Assembly: GCA_965214405.1 (NCBI GenBank)
Contig: OZ243956.1
Span: 2,336,001 to 2,400,000, forward strand
From: Trueperaceae bacterium
GTDB lineage: Bacteria; Deinococcota; Deinococci; Deinococcales; Trueperaceae
Direction: 5' to 3'
Length of the DNA stretch: 64,000 nucleotides
In this document: piece by piece, positions 47,509 to 56,842 of the stretch
Layout: every line of letters begins with the position of its first letter
Numbering within the stretch: position 1 is the stretch's first letter
Program-made: the position numbers and the translations under genes
The notes under the pieces: model-generated
What the model saw: the letters and a program-made list of their open reading frames with translations, nothing else
Database searches by the model: none
Told to the model about the DNA's origin: nothing

Positions 47509-50500
47509 GTGGCTGATACTGTTTCCGAACACCCCCTGCTCGAGACTTTGAACGAAGAACAACGGGCCGCCGTAAAGCACTATGAAGGCCCCGCTTTGGT
47601 CATCGCCGGGGCGGGCTCGGGCAAGACGCGCACCGTGGTGCAGCGCATCGCTTACCTCATGGACGTTCACGAGGTCTACCCGACCGAGATTTTGGCCGTG
47701 ACGTTTACCAACAAGGCGGCGGGCGAACTCAAGGAGCGGGTGAGGGAGCTTATCGGCGTGAAGGCGCGCGATTTATGGGTGAGCACCTTTCACTCGGCGT
47801 GTTTGCGGATTCTGCGCGTGTACGGTGACTTGATTGGCCTTCAGTCGGGTTTCGCCATCTATGACGACAGCGACCAACTGGACGTTTTGAAAGAGATTGC
47901 GGGCAATGTGGACGGGCTCGGCGACGCCAACCCGCGCGTGCTGCGGGCGCTTATCGACCGCGCTAAGTCAAATTTATGGTCACCCTCGACCCTGGCAGAA
48001 GAGGGCGAGCGGCAGTTCGGGATGATGGTCGCGGGGCTGCCCATCGAGCTTTTGGTGGAGAGTTATAGGCGTTATCAGGAGAGGTTAGGGCGCGCCAACG
48101 CGGTGGACTTTAACGACATCCTGGGCCGCACCGTCGAGCTTTTCGACGCGCACCCGGACGTGCTCGACAAGGTGCAGCAGCGCGCGGTGTTTGTGCATGT
48201 GGACGAGTACCAAGACACCAACACCGCGCAGTACCGGCTCACGCACCTGTTGGCGAACAAGTACCGCAATTTGATGGTGGTCGGGGATCCCGACCAGTGC
48301 CTGCCGCCGGGCTCGAGGGTGCTCACGCCCAGAGGCTGCCGTCCCATCGAGTCGTTGACCGAGGGTGACGGGGTGTTGGGAACGGGCGGGGCGCTCGAGC
48401 CTACAAAAGGTCGCGTGACTCATGTGAAACGCGGTCACTACACCGGCCCCATGTGGACGGTCAAGGCAGGCGGGCGCACGTTACGCGGCACGCCGCATCA
48501 CATCGTGTTGGCGCGGATGGTGCCGGAGGAGGGATACTACTACGTCTATTTGATGTACCGCGCCGACAGAGGCTACCGCGTCGGTTTAGCCAAAAGCTTG
48601 CGCGCGAATGATGAGGGGCGCGAAGAGCTGGGCTTCAAGGTTCGCCTTAACCAGGAGCACGGCGACAAGCTTTGGGTGTTGCGGGTCTGCGATGACGCCG
48701 CCGAGGCGCGGTATTGGGAAGCCTACTACGCGGCGCATTACGGTCTACCGACGACGCTGTTTCACGGTATAGGGCGCAACCTTGCGCTGAGTGAGGCGTG
48801 GTTAAAGCGGCTTTACGCCGAACTGGACACCGTGTCTAGGGCTGAGGCGCTGATGAAAGACCTTCAGCTTCACCCCGAGTTTCCTCATCACCGCCCGCAG
48901 AACGGGTTGCGGCGGCAGAGCGTCAACTTGGTGATGTTCCAGGATTTTCGCCACGGTGAGGTCGGCTATCACCGGGTGCAGTGGTCGTCCATCCGTGCGG
49001 ACACCGCCGAAAGGTTGGTGGAGGCGGGGTATCCGGTGCGCAGCAACGGGCGCGGGGGGTACCGGCTCGAGCTGAGCCGCAAAAACTACCCCGACGCGCT
49101 TCTCCTGGCTAAGGAAATAGCCGCGTGCGGCGGTATGGAGCTTCAGCGCAAGGCGCAAGTAGGCGGAAAGATGTACCACTACCTGCCGCTCTCGCACCTG
49201 CATCCTGGCATGAGAGTTTTGGTCGAAGAGGACCGGAGGCTTGTCGAAAAGCCAGTGAGTGAGGTCTCGAGCGCCCCCTACGACGGCCCGGTATTTGACT
49301 TAGAGGTTGACCCCATCCACACCTACCTAGCCGAAGGGATGCTCGTCCACAACAGCATCTACGCCTTTCGCGGTGCCGACGTGCGCAATATCCTGGACTT
49401 CCGGCGCGACTACGAGGACGCGAAGGTGTACCGGCTCGAGCTCAACTACCGCTCGGTCGGCTCCGTCCTGGACCTCGCCAACGCGGTGATTTTGCCCAAC
49501 GAGGGGCGCTTGGAAAAGAACCTGCGCCCCGTCAAGGGCGCGGGCGACAAGGTGGCTATCTACCGTGCGGTCGACCACCGCGCCGAAGCGGATTTTGTGG
49601 TGCGGCAGATCGAGCGGTTGGGGGCGGAGAAAGATTTCTCTCCCAACGATTATGCAATTCTTTACCGCACCAACTCGCAGTCGCGGGTCTTAGAGGAGGC
49701 GCTGCGCCGCGCGGGCATCCCCGCCAAAATCGTCGGCGGTGTGGGCTTTTACGACCGGCGCGAGGTCAAGGATATTTTGTCTTATGCTCGCGCCGCCCTC
49801 AATCCCGCCGACGACGTGTCGTGGAGACGCATTTTGAACCGCCCCAAACGCGGCATCGGCAAGACGAGCGAGGAGAATCTTAACGCCTGGGCCACCCGCA
49901 AAGACGCGCGGTTTTCGGACGCCTTACGTCACGCCGACGAGGTCTTGAAGGGTACACCCGCGGTGCGAAAGATTGCCGAATTCGTCGCGCTCATGGACGA
50001 CTTAGCCGAGGCCGCCGAATCGCTGCCCGCCGCGCCCTTTCTCAAGGCGGTGCTCGACCAGTCGGGTTACATGCAGGCCCTGAAAGACGAAGCGTCGTTC
50101 GACGCGCAGGCGCGGACGGAAAACTTAGACGAACTCCTCAACGCGGTGGCCGAGTGGCAGGAAGAGGCGGGCGGCTCCATCGCCGAATTCTTGGACGAGG
50201 CGGCCTTGTTGGCGAGCGTGGACGACCGCGCGGTCAAGGCGGTCAACAGCGAAATTCCTGAAGAAGCGGTCACGCTGATGACGCTCCACAACGCCAAGGG
50301 GCTCGAGTTCCCCGTCGTCTTTTTGGTCGGGCTCGAAGAAAACCTCCTCCCCCACCGCTCCTCGACCGCGAGCTTGCAAGAGATCGAGGAGGAGCGCCGC
50401 CTGCTCTACGTCGGCGTGACGCGCGCGCAAGAGGCGCTCTTTCTGGTTCACTGCGAGTCGCGCATGACCTTTGGCCGCACCGAGCCCGCGCGCCCGAGCC

Positions 50501-50814
50501 GCTTTTTGGAGGACGTACCCAGGGACATGCTGAGCGAGATCGACGTGTTCGGTCAAGAGATGCACGGCTCCAAGCTGTCCAAGTTCTCGCGCAACATCTG
50601 GACGCCGCCGCGGCCCGAGGCGACGGGTGCGGACGCCGAGAAGAAAACCGGGGTCGGCTTCCGGGGCGGCGAACGTGTGACGCATCCCAAGTTTGGCCCC
50701 GGCACGGTGGTGGGCGTGTCAGGGGAGGGGGCTCGAGCCGAGGTGACCGTCGTGTTCAAAGACGCGGGTCCCAAAAAGCTCCTGCTCAAATACGCCAACC
50801 TCAAGGCGGTTTAA
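47509..50814 (+). CDS. pcrA: PcrA/UvrD SF1 DNA helicase containing an intein
   Basis: AGAGSGKT, TFTNKAA, VDEYQDTN, VGDPDQ|SIYAFRGA, LYRTN, TLH.AKGLEF, EERRL.YV..TRA, C-terminal HPKFG.G Tudor-like domain. Confidence 0.95.
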   Translation: MADTVSEHPLLETLNEEQRAAVKHYEGPALVIAGAGSGKTRTVVQRIAYLMDVHEVYPTEILAVTFTNKAAGELKERVRELIGVKARDLWVSTFHSACLRILRVYGDLIGLQSGFAIYDDSDQLDVLKEIAGNVDGLGDANPRVLRALIDRAKSNLWSPSTLAEEGERQFGMMVAGLPIELLVESYRRYQERLGRANAVDFNDILGRTVELFDAHPDVLDKVQQRAVFVHVDEYQDTNTAQYRLTHLLANKYRNLMVVGDPDQCLPPGSRVLTPRGCRPIESLTEGDGVLGTGGALEPTKGRVTHVKRGHYTGPMWTVKAGGRTLRGTPHHIVLARMVPEEGYYYVYLMYRADRGYRVGLAKSLRANDEGREELGFKVRLNQEHGDKLWVLRVCDDAAEARYWEAYYAAHYGLPTTLFHGIGRNLALSEAWLKRLYAELDTVSRAEALMKDLQLHPEFPHHRPQNGLRRQSVNLVMFQDFRHGEVGYHRVQWSSIRADTAERLVEAGYPVRSNGRGGYRLELSRKNYPDALLLAKEIAACGGMELQRKAQVGGKMYHYLPLSHLHPGMRVLVEEDRRLVEKPVSEVSSAPYDGPVFDLEVDPIHTYLAEGMLVHNSIYAFRGADVRNILDFRRDYEDAKVYRLELNYRSVGSVLDLANAVILPNEGRLEKNLRPVKGAGDKVAIYRAVDHRAEADFVVRQIERLGAEKDFSPNDYAILYRTNSQSRVLEEALRRAGIPAKIVGGVGFYDRREVKDILSYARAALNPADDVSWRRILNRPKRGIGKTSEENLNAWATRKDARFSDALRHADEVLKGTPAVRKIAEFVALMDDLAEAAESLPAAPFLKAVLDQSGYMQALKDEASFDAQARTENLDELLNAVAEWQEEAGGSIAEFLDEAALLASVDDRAVKAVNSEIPEEAVTLMTLHNAKGLEFPVVFLVGLEENLLPHRSSTASLQEIEEERRLLYVGVTRAQEALFLVHCESRMTFGRTEPARPSRFLEDVPRDMLSEIDVFGQEMHGSKLSKFSRNIWTPPRPEATGADAEKKTGVGFRGGERVTHPKFGPGTVVGVSGEGARAEVTVVFKDAGPKKLLLKYANLKAV
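48298..49353 (+). mobile_element. Intein (352 aa) in helicase motif III
   Basis: Starts CLPPGS, block B TPHH, block F VFDLEV, ends LVHN, followed by Ser+1; splits VGDPDQ/SIYAFRG. Confidence 0.95.
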
Positions 50815-50827
50815 CTGTGTGTCAAGA

Positions 50828-50843
50828 TGTGAACAACCTCACA
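50828..50843. promoter_or_regulatory. Perfect CRP-family box upstream of minDE
   Basis: TGTGA-acaacc-TCACA. Confidence 0.6.
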
Positions 50844-50972
50844 GTGAGGGAGCCCTGGGGGATTTTGTTATAGTTCATCAAAGATGTATCTGGAGACGGG
50901 CTTAAAGAGTTTCATTAAAGAAAGGTATCGCGCCAAAACGCGTGTGTGAGGGAGAATAGATGAGGAGAAACC

Positions 50973-51782
50973 GTGAACGCTAAAGCCATCGTCGTGACCT
51001 CGGGCAAGGGCGGGGTGGGTAAAACCACGACCACCGCCAACGTGGGGGCGGCGCTCGCGCAGTTGGGGGAAAAAGTCGCGGTCATTGACACCGACGTGGG
51101 GCTCCGGAATCTGGACGTGGTGATGGGCTTGGAGGGCCGCGTCGTCTTCGACCTTATTGATGTGTTCGAGAGCCGCTGCCGTCTCAAACAGGCCTTGATT
51201 CGTGACAAGCGTGTGGACAACCTCTACTTGCTCGCGGCCTCGCAGACGAACGACAAGAGCGCCCTGTCCGAAGAGCAGATGAAGCGCACCGTCACGGGGC
51301 TTTTGGAAGAAGAAGGCTTTGACCGCGTGCTCATCGACTCACCCGCGGGCATCGAGTCGGGCTTCAAAACGGCGGCGAGCGCGGCGCAAGGGGCGCTGGT
51401 GGTGGTGAACCCGGAGGTCTCGAGCGTCCGAGACGCAGACCGCATCATCGGCCTCCTGGAAGCGCGCGAGATTACTGAAGTAAAATGCATCATCAACCGC
51501 TTGCGCCCGGAGATGGTCAAGCGCGGCGATATGCTGGAAGTCAATGACGTGCTGGAGATTTTGGGTATCAAGCTCCTGGGCGTTGTGCCCGAGGACGAAA
51601 AAATCTTGATTTCGACCAACATCGGCTCGCCTATTTCTTTATCCGACACCGCCAAGGTGGGCGCGGGGAGCGCGTTTAGGGACATCGCCCGGCGCATCCA
51701 GGGTGAAGAGGTGCCGCACCCCGACAATCAACCCCAGCCCGGCTTTTTGTCCGGCTTGCGCCGCCTCTTTGGAGGGAGCTGA
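50973..51782 (+). CDS. minD: Septum site-determining ATPase MinD
   Basis: TSGKGGVGKTT, DVGLRNLD, DSPAGIE.GF, SSVRDADRI, C-terminal FLSGLRRLFG membrane helix. Confidence 0.97.
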   Translation: MNAKAIVVTSGKGGVGKTTTTANVGAALAQLGEKVAVIDTDVGLRNLDVVMGLEGRVVFDLIDVFESRCRLKQALIRDKRVDNLYLLAASQTNDKSALSEEQMKRTVTGLLEEEGFDRVLIDSPAGIESGFKTAASAAQGALVVVNPEVSSVRDADRIIGLLEAREITEVKCIINRLRPEMVKRGDMLEVNDVLEILGIKLLGVVPEDEKILISTNIGSPISLSDTAKVGAGSAFRDIARRIQGEEVPHPDNQPQPGFLSGLRRLFGGS

Positions 51783-52018
51783 TGTTCGGACTTTTCGGAC
51801 GCAAAAAGAGCAAAGACCAGCTCAAAGACCGCCTCAAGCTCGTGCTCTCGTACGACCGCGCCAAGCTGAGCCCCGGAAAGATGGACGAGCTCAAGCACGA
51901 ACTCTTAGAGGTCATCAGCAAGTATTTTCCCGCCCAGGAGAACGAGTACGACGTGAAGTTGGAGCAGCAGGGCGACCGCATGGTGATGGTTGCCAATTTG
52001 CCCGTCCAGAATTCTTAG
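51782..52018 (+). CDS. minE: Cell division topological specificity factor MinE
   Basis: LKDRLKLVL..DR, ELLEVISKY, ANLP. Confidence 0.93.
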   Translation: MFGLFGRKKSKDQLKDRLKLVLSYDRAKLSPGKMDELKHELLEVISKYFPAQENEYDVKLEQQGDRMVMVANLPVQNS

Positions 52019-52034
52019 ATGTCCAGCTTTGCGT

Positions 52035-52514
52035 GTGATTGACTTTTCAGCGCCCGGCGTGGCGGACGCGTGGGCGGCGGTTGACGACGTGGTGATGGGC
52101 GGCGTGTCGGAGAGCGCCTTACGCGCTTCTCCAGACGGCGCTGTGTTCGCGGGCCACCTCTCCACCGACGAGGGCGGCGGCTTCGCGTCGGTGCGCTCTC
52201 CCGAGGGTGTGTTTAGTTTTGACGGCGCGGCGGGGCTCCTCTTGCGGATACGTGGCGACGGCAAGCGCTACTATCTGAGGCTTTATACCGGAGATACCGA
52301 CGCCGCCTACGAGGCTCCTTTTGACGCCGCATCCGAGTGGACGGACCTAAAGCTGCCTTTTAGCGAGTTTCGCGCGGTGTGGCGGGGCCGCGACGTGCCA
52401 GGTGCGCCGCCCCTCGAGCCCGCCCACATCACAAACGTCGGCCTGATGATTAAAGACGAGCAGGTCGGGGAGTTTAGGCTCGAACTCACCCAAATTGAAC
52501 CGTATATCGATTAG
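52035..52514 (+). CDS. CIA30 family protein
   Basis: W.AVDDVVMGGVS, GGGFASVR, RGDGKRY. Confidence 0.85.
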   Translation: MIDFSAPGVADAWAAVDDVVMGGVSESALRASPDGAVFAGHLSTDEGGGFASVRSPEGVFSFDGAAGLLLRIRGDGKRYYLRLYTGDTDAAYEAPFDAASEWTDLKLPFSEFRAVWRGRDVPGAPPLEPAHITNVGLMIKDEQVGEFRLELTQIEPYID

Positions 52515-52645
52515 CTCCTGCCACCACACGCTGAAGGCTCACCGGCTCCCGAAACGTGCACCACACCACCCACACATTGTGAGTTAGCCCATCGTCTGGT
52601 TTATTTTCTATAGTAATCTAAAAAGTGTTTCTGAAGGAGGAACGT

Positions 52646-53326
52646 ATGCCAACCCATATACTTGTTACTTTTTATAGCACCTACGGTCACACCCACAGAA
52701 TGGCGCAAGCGGTTCAGGAGGGCGCGGCGGGCGTGTCGGATGTAGAGGTACGCTTGACTCGTATCCCTGAGCTCGAGGCCGCCCGTCAGGCGATGCAGGG
52801 CCAAGACGCCTACCAGCAGGCGCAGGAAGCGATGTCGAATCTTACCGAAGTTACCCATGACGACTTGCGCTGGGCGGATGGCGTCATCTGGGGTACGCCG
52901 ACGCGTTACGGCAACATGACCGCGCAGATGAAGCAGTTTCTCGACACCACTGGGCCTCTGTGGCAAAAGGGCGAGCTCGAAGACAAGGCCACGGGCATCT
53001 TTACGAGCACCGCGACCATCCACGGCGGGCAGGAATCGACCATCCTCACATCATTGGTGCCTATGTTGCACCTGGGGATGATTTTTGTGGGCACGCCTTA
53101 TGGGCAGAACCCGCAAATCATGACGACCGAGGGTATCGGCGGCTCGCCGTACGGTCCGGCGACGCTCGCGGGCGGGGACGGCTCGAGACAGCCCGTCGCG
53201 GACGAACTGACCACCGCGCGCAACTTGGGCGCACGCGTCGCCAAGGTCGCCTCACGCCTCAAGGGGCTGCGCAGTGGAGACCAACACGGGCAGCAGGATG
53301 AAGCGGACACCTACACGAACGAGTAG
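52646..53326 (+). CDS. wrbA: NAD(P)H:quinone oxidoreductase WrbA
   Basis: FYSTYGHT, GTPTRYGNM, HGGQEST, GGSPYG. Confidence 0.93.
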   Translation: MPTHILVTFYSTYGHTHRMAQAVQEGAAGVSDVEVRLTRIPELEAARQAMQGQDAYQQAQEAMSNLTEVTHDDLRWADGVIWGTPTRYGNMTAQMKQFLDTTGPLWQKGELEDKATGIFTSTATIHGGQESTILTSLVPMLHLGMIFVGTPYGQNPQIMTTEGIGGSPYGPATLAGGDGSRQPVADELTTARNLGARVAKVASRLKGLRSGDQHGQQDEADTYTNE

Positions 53327-53460
53327 GTCTGGCTTACGCGTTAACACTACCGGGCACCGTACAGCACCGGGTTTTTATATCAACCACAGATGTTACACTA
53401 CCTCTCTGGATATTTCGCGTTAAGGTCAAGCAAAGCGAGAAGATTAGGGGAGGAGACGCG

Positions 53461-54003
53461 ATGAACATTTACAGACTGATCGGTCGCAACATCGACGTGA
53501 GCGACGCCATGCGCTCGTACGCCGAGGAGAAGCTGGGTAAGCTCGACCGCTTTTCGGACCAGATCATCGACGCCAAGGTGGTCATGTCTTACGCGCAGGA
53601 CAACAGCGCGCCCGCCAAGGTCGAGGTGCAGCTCAACGTGCCCAACGGCATGGTGCGCGCCGAGGAGAGCGGGCAGGACCCCTACGCGGCGGTCGACATG
53701 GTGGTCGACAAGCTCGAGCGCCAGCTCAAAAGGTTCAAGGGCAAGACGATGGCGAAGCGCACCCAGGACGAGCCGCCCCCCCCGCCGCCCCTGCCGCCGC
53801 AAGACGACGAGCCCGAGCCGGACCCCGCGATCGTCCGCACCAAACGCCACGTGCTCCGCCCCATGACGCCCGAGGACGCGGCGATGCAGATGGAAGCGCT
53901 CGGCCATTCTTTTTTCATGTTCCACAACGCCGAGTCAGACCAGGTTAACGTCATCTACCTGCGCCAAGACGGCGACTACGGGCTGCTCCAGCCGGACGTT
54001 TAG
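53461..54003 (+). CDS. hpf: Ribosome hibernation promoting factor (long HPF)
   Basis: GRNIDVS, YAAVD....KLERQL, PM..EDA..QM..LGH.F, Y.R.DGDYG. Confidence 0.93.
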   Translation: MNIYRLIGRNIDVSDAMRSYAEEKLGKLDRFSDQIIDAKVVMSYAQDNSAPAKVEVQLNVPNGMVRAEESGQDPYAAVDMVVDKLERQLKRFKGKTMAKRTQDEPPPPPPLPPQDDEPEPDPAIVRTKRHVLRPMTPEDAAMQMEALGHSFFMFHNAESDQVNVIYLRQDGDYGLLQPDV

Positions 54004-54113
54004 ACCTCAGCGAATCGTCCGCGGACTTGCCCCTGCGTTATGTAGAGAGCTATACGTAAGAGTCAGCCGTCGTCGCGCCTTGTAAAATCCCCCAGCACGG
54101 GAGACGCAGACAA

Positions 54114-54145
54114 GTCCCCCTTAATAAGGGGGATTTAGGGGGATT
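54114..54145. repeat. REP-like palindromic element between convergent genes
   Basis: TCCCCCTTA-A-TAAGGGGGA followed by TTTAGGGGGATT. Confidence 0.55.
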
Positions 54146-54256
54146 GGTTTCGAGCAAGATGCGTCCGCGCCCGCCGGTCTCAGCACCAACCTTGCTTCAG
54201 GCACGTCGCGGAGTTGTCTTGTGAGGTGGTCACGGCGATTACTTTGGGGTGAAACG

Positions 54257-55069
54257 TTATTTTCTCAGCACGATGCCGCTCGGCAGCGCGTAGAGCGCGC
54301 GTAAAGTTGCCACGTCGCGTTCGCTCACCCGCCCGCTCGGCACGGCGCTCATCGCGTCGCCCTCGAAGGGAGAGCGGCCCAAGAGGCCCAGTGCGTGGCC
54401 TATCTCGAGCAGCGCGTAGCGGTAGAGGTCGTCGGGGGGCGTGTCCGGGTCGAGCAGGATTTCGGTGGCGCGAAAGCGGTAGAGGCCGTTCTCGAGGACC
54501 GAAAAGGTGTAACGGTAGGAGCCGACCTTGTCCGCGGGCAAATCTTGCCACACCACCTTCAAGGCGCTCTCCTCCGGCGTCTCGGCGGTGCGGAAGCGGA
54601 TGAGGTCGGGCACCGCCTCCTGCCAGGCGTTGAGCGCGCGCACGACCTCGTCGCGGCGCGCGGCGTCTCTGTCCACTTCGGAAACGTCAATGCCAAACCC
54701 GCCCGTGAGCGAAGCGTTAGCGCCCACGTCTCCGCCGGAACCGCCCGTGCCAAAACCACTTACGCCTGAGCCCCCGGTGACCGCACCGCCCGAGGCGTCA
54801 TCGCGCCGCGCGTCAGGAATAGGCACATAAACCGTAATGGGCATGTCCTGCGGCAGGTAGTGAAGCAGCCGCGACGCGCCGCGTGTCGTCTGGGGGTCGC
54901 TGCCGCTATACTGCAAATAGGTTTGCGGCTCCTCGAGCCCTTGTTCTTGACCCTGTTGTTCTTGACTCGCTTCCGCCTGGGCGGGTGCTGTTTGAACGAA
55001 GGCTGCCCGGCCCGCTTTCGTTTGCGCTAGCGGCGCCACAAGAGCGAGCAGCAGGAGTAAAGACTTCAT
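54257..55069 (-). CDS. Secreted matrixin/M10-like protein with a degenerate zinc motif
   Basis: Signal peptide; ALLEIGHALGLLGRS..DAMS..S.RD..TL..LY metzincin layout. Confidence 0.7.
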   Translation of the reverse strand: MKSLLLLLALVAPLAQTKAGRAAFVQTAPAQAEASQEQQGQEQGLEEPQTYLQYSGSDPQTTRGASRLLHYLPQDMPITVYVPIPDARRDDASGGAVTGGSGVSGFGTGGSGGDVGANASLTGGFGIDVSEVDRDAARRDEVVRALNAWQEAVPDLIRFRTAETPEESALKVVWQDLPADKVGSYRYTFSVLENGLYRFRATEILLDPDTPPDDLYRYALLEIGHALGLLGRSPFEGDAMSAVPSGRVSERDVATLRALYALPSGIVLRK

Positions 55070-55154
55070 CGCGCCTCCAAAGCTATAGATGGTGAATATA
55101 CAACACGGTTGTGACCGTTTACATCTCGTAAATAGCTAGGCACGTAGTATACCC

Positions 55155-55823
55155 TTAGAGCCGGTAACCGGGAGGCGGCGCGGGTTTAGCAAAGCGGCGC
55201 ACCGTGAGCGCGCCGAATAGAAACCCGCCGACGTGCGCCCAGAACGCCACGTCGTTCACCGCCCCCGGCCTCACCACCAGGCCCCCGGCCTGCACGAACT
55301 GGATGAGCGCCCAGTAGCCCAAGTAAAACCAGGCGGGCAGCCAGAAGAGGAAAAGGGGCGGCACGAAGGTGAAGATGCGCTGCCGCGGAAAGAGCACGAG
55401 GTAAGCCCCCAACACCGCGCTCACCGCGCCCGACGCGCCGATCATCGGCACCGCCGACGCAAGCGAAAAAAGACCGTGGACGAGCGTCGCAAGCACGCCG
55501 CCTACGAGATAAAAGATTAAGAATCCGACGTGACCCAGCCGGTCTTCGATGTTGTCGCCAAAAACCCACAAGAAAAACATATTGCCAAGAATATGAACCA
55601 CGCCGCCGTGAAGAAACATACTGGTAAGGAGCCGATACAGATTGGCGACGGGCGCTTCGAAAAAAAGGCTGGGGACGAAGCCGTAGTCGTAAACAAAACG
55701 CAGCGCCGCGCGGTCCGAGCCGAGGCTCAAGCCGTAGACGAATACGGCCACGTTGACGAAGAGCAAAAACCACATCACGAAGGCGGGGCCGTGCCGCGGG
55801 TTGGCATCGTGAAGGGGAAACAT
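55155..55823 (-). CDS. Rhomboid family intramembrane serine protease
   Basis: SMFLHGG..H..GNM, FGDNIED, GASGA, AHVGGF. Confidence 0.92.
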   Translation of the reverse strand: MFPLHDANPRHGPAFVMWFLLFVNVAVFVYGLSLGSDRAALRFVYDYGFVPSLFFEAPVANLYRLLTSMFLHGGVVHILGNMFFLWVFGDNIEDRLGHVGFLIFYLVGGVLATLVHGLFSLASAVPMIGASGAVSAVLGAYLVLFPRQRIFTFVPPLFLFWLPAWFYLGYWALIQFVQAGGLVVRPGAVNDVAFWAHVGGFLFGALTVRRFAKPAPPPGYRL

Positions 55824-56007
55824 GCCTTAGTCTATCAAGATACGTCCACAAACTTCGGTGACGCAACGGCTTTGGCAGATTTTTATCAAAGGCGTCATAA
55901 AGCCGTCAGAAGCTTTTGGAGAGGCGAACGTAACGAGGGCTGAATCTGAAAAGAACCTCTGGGTCCTTTTCTCTAGTTTCTGTTCTGTTTCTTTGCCTCA
56001 CTGAGAC

Positions 56008-56679
56008 TTAACGCTCGAGCCCCCCATACTCCAAGGGCTGACGCAGCTTGACGATAGTGTCCGCAGGAACCACACCCCGCAGCATGACGCCGCTGTAGAT
56101 CAGAGAGCGCGGCCCCACCACCGTGCCAGGCGCGAGCACCGCGTTACAGCCCACGAAAACGTCGTCGCCCAAGGCCGCGCTGAATTTTCTTAGACCCGTG
56201 TCCTGGCCCGCCACCTTGACCGCTTTGCCGCCCGGCTTGAAATTGGCGAGCTTGACGCCCGCGCCTAAGTTGACGTTGCGGCCCAGCACGGCGTCTCCCA
56301 CATAGTTGAAATGCGGAGCTTTGGCACCCTCCAGAAGGAGCGCGCGCTTGACCTCGCTGCTGTGACCGACTTTGGCCCCTGGGGCCAAAACGACGCCGCC
56401 CCGCAGAAAAGCGCCGTGATGCACTTCGGCCCCCTCACCAAGCCAGGCGGGACCCTCAATACACGCGTGCGGCCCGACCACCGCGCCCGGGGCCAGATAA
56501 ACCGGCCCGGAAAGCACCGCCGTCGGGTGAACCGCGCCAGCGAGGGTGGGGCGTTGGTCCTCCAAACCCGCCAAAAAATCGTCGATGCGGGCCAGAATGT
56601 CCCACGGCGCGGCAACGTCTAAGAGCTCTTTTAGGGGATCGGCAACGCTCGAGATGTCGAAGAGGTCTTGGGTGTTCAT
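56008..56679 (-). CDS. Left-handed beta-helix acyltransferase (GlmU C-terminal-like)
   Basis: Hexapeptide repeats, GHSSEVK, APHFNYVGD, NLGAG, GCNAVL.PG. Confidence 0.8.
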   Translation of the reverse strand: MNTQDLFDISSVADPLKELLDVAAPWDILARIDDFLAGLEDQRPTLAGAVHPTAVLSGPVYLAPGAVVGPHACIEGPAWLGEGAEVHHGAFLRGGVVLAPGAKVGHSSEVKRALLLEGAKAPHFNYVGDAVLGRNVNLGAGVKLANFKPGGKAVKVAGQDTGLRKFSAALGDDVFVGCNAVLAPGTVVGPRSLIYSGVMLRGVVPADTIVKLRQPLEYGGLER

Positions 56680-56842
56680 AAAGCAACTTTACCTCACGCT
56701 CCCACTTTAGGAAGAGCTCAAGAACGCGCTCGAGCCGCTCAGTTTACATACATTCCTTACGGAACGCGTCAGGCGTTACGATGGAGCATTCTTTTGAGGA
56801 GTCAACGCGACCTATGATTCATCACCTCCCCCATTACCTCCC

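Noticed and set aside
54038..54060. TTATGTA...TACGTAA as a DdrO/RDRM box
   Set aside because: The spacing is longer than the 17-bp RDRM, and it lies downstream of hpf between convergent genes.
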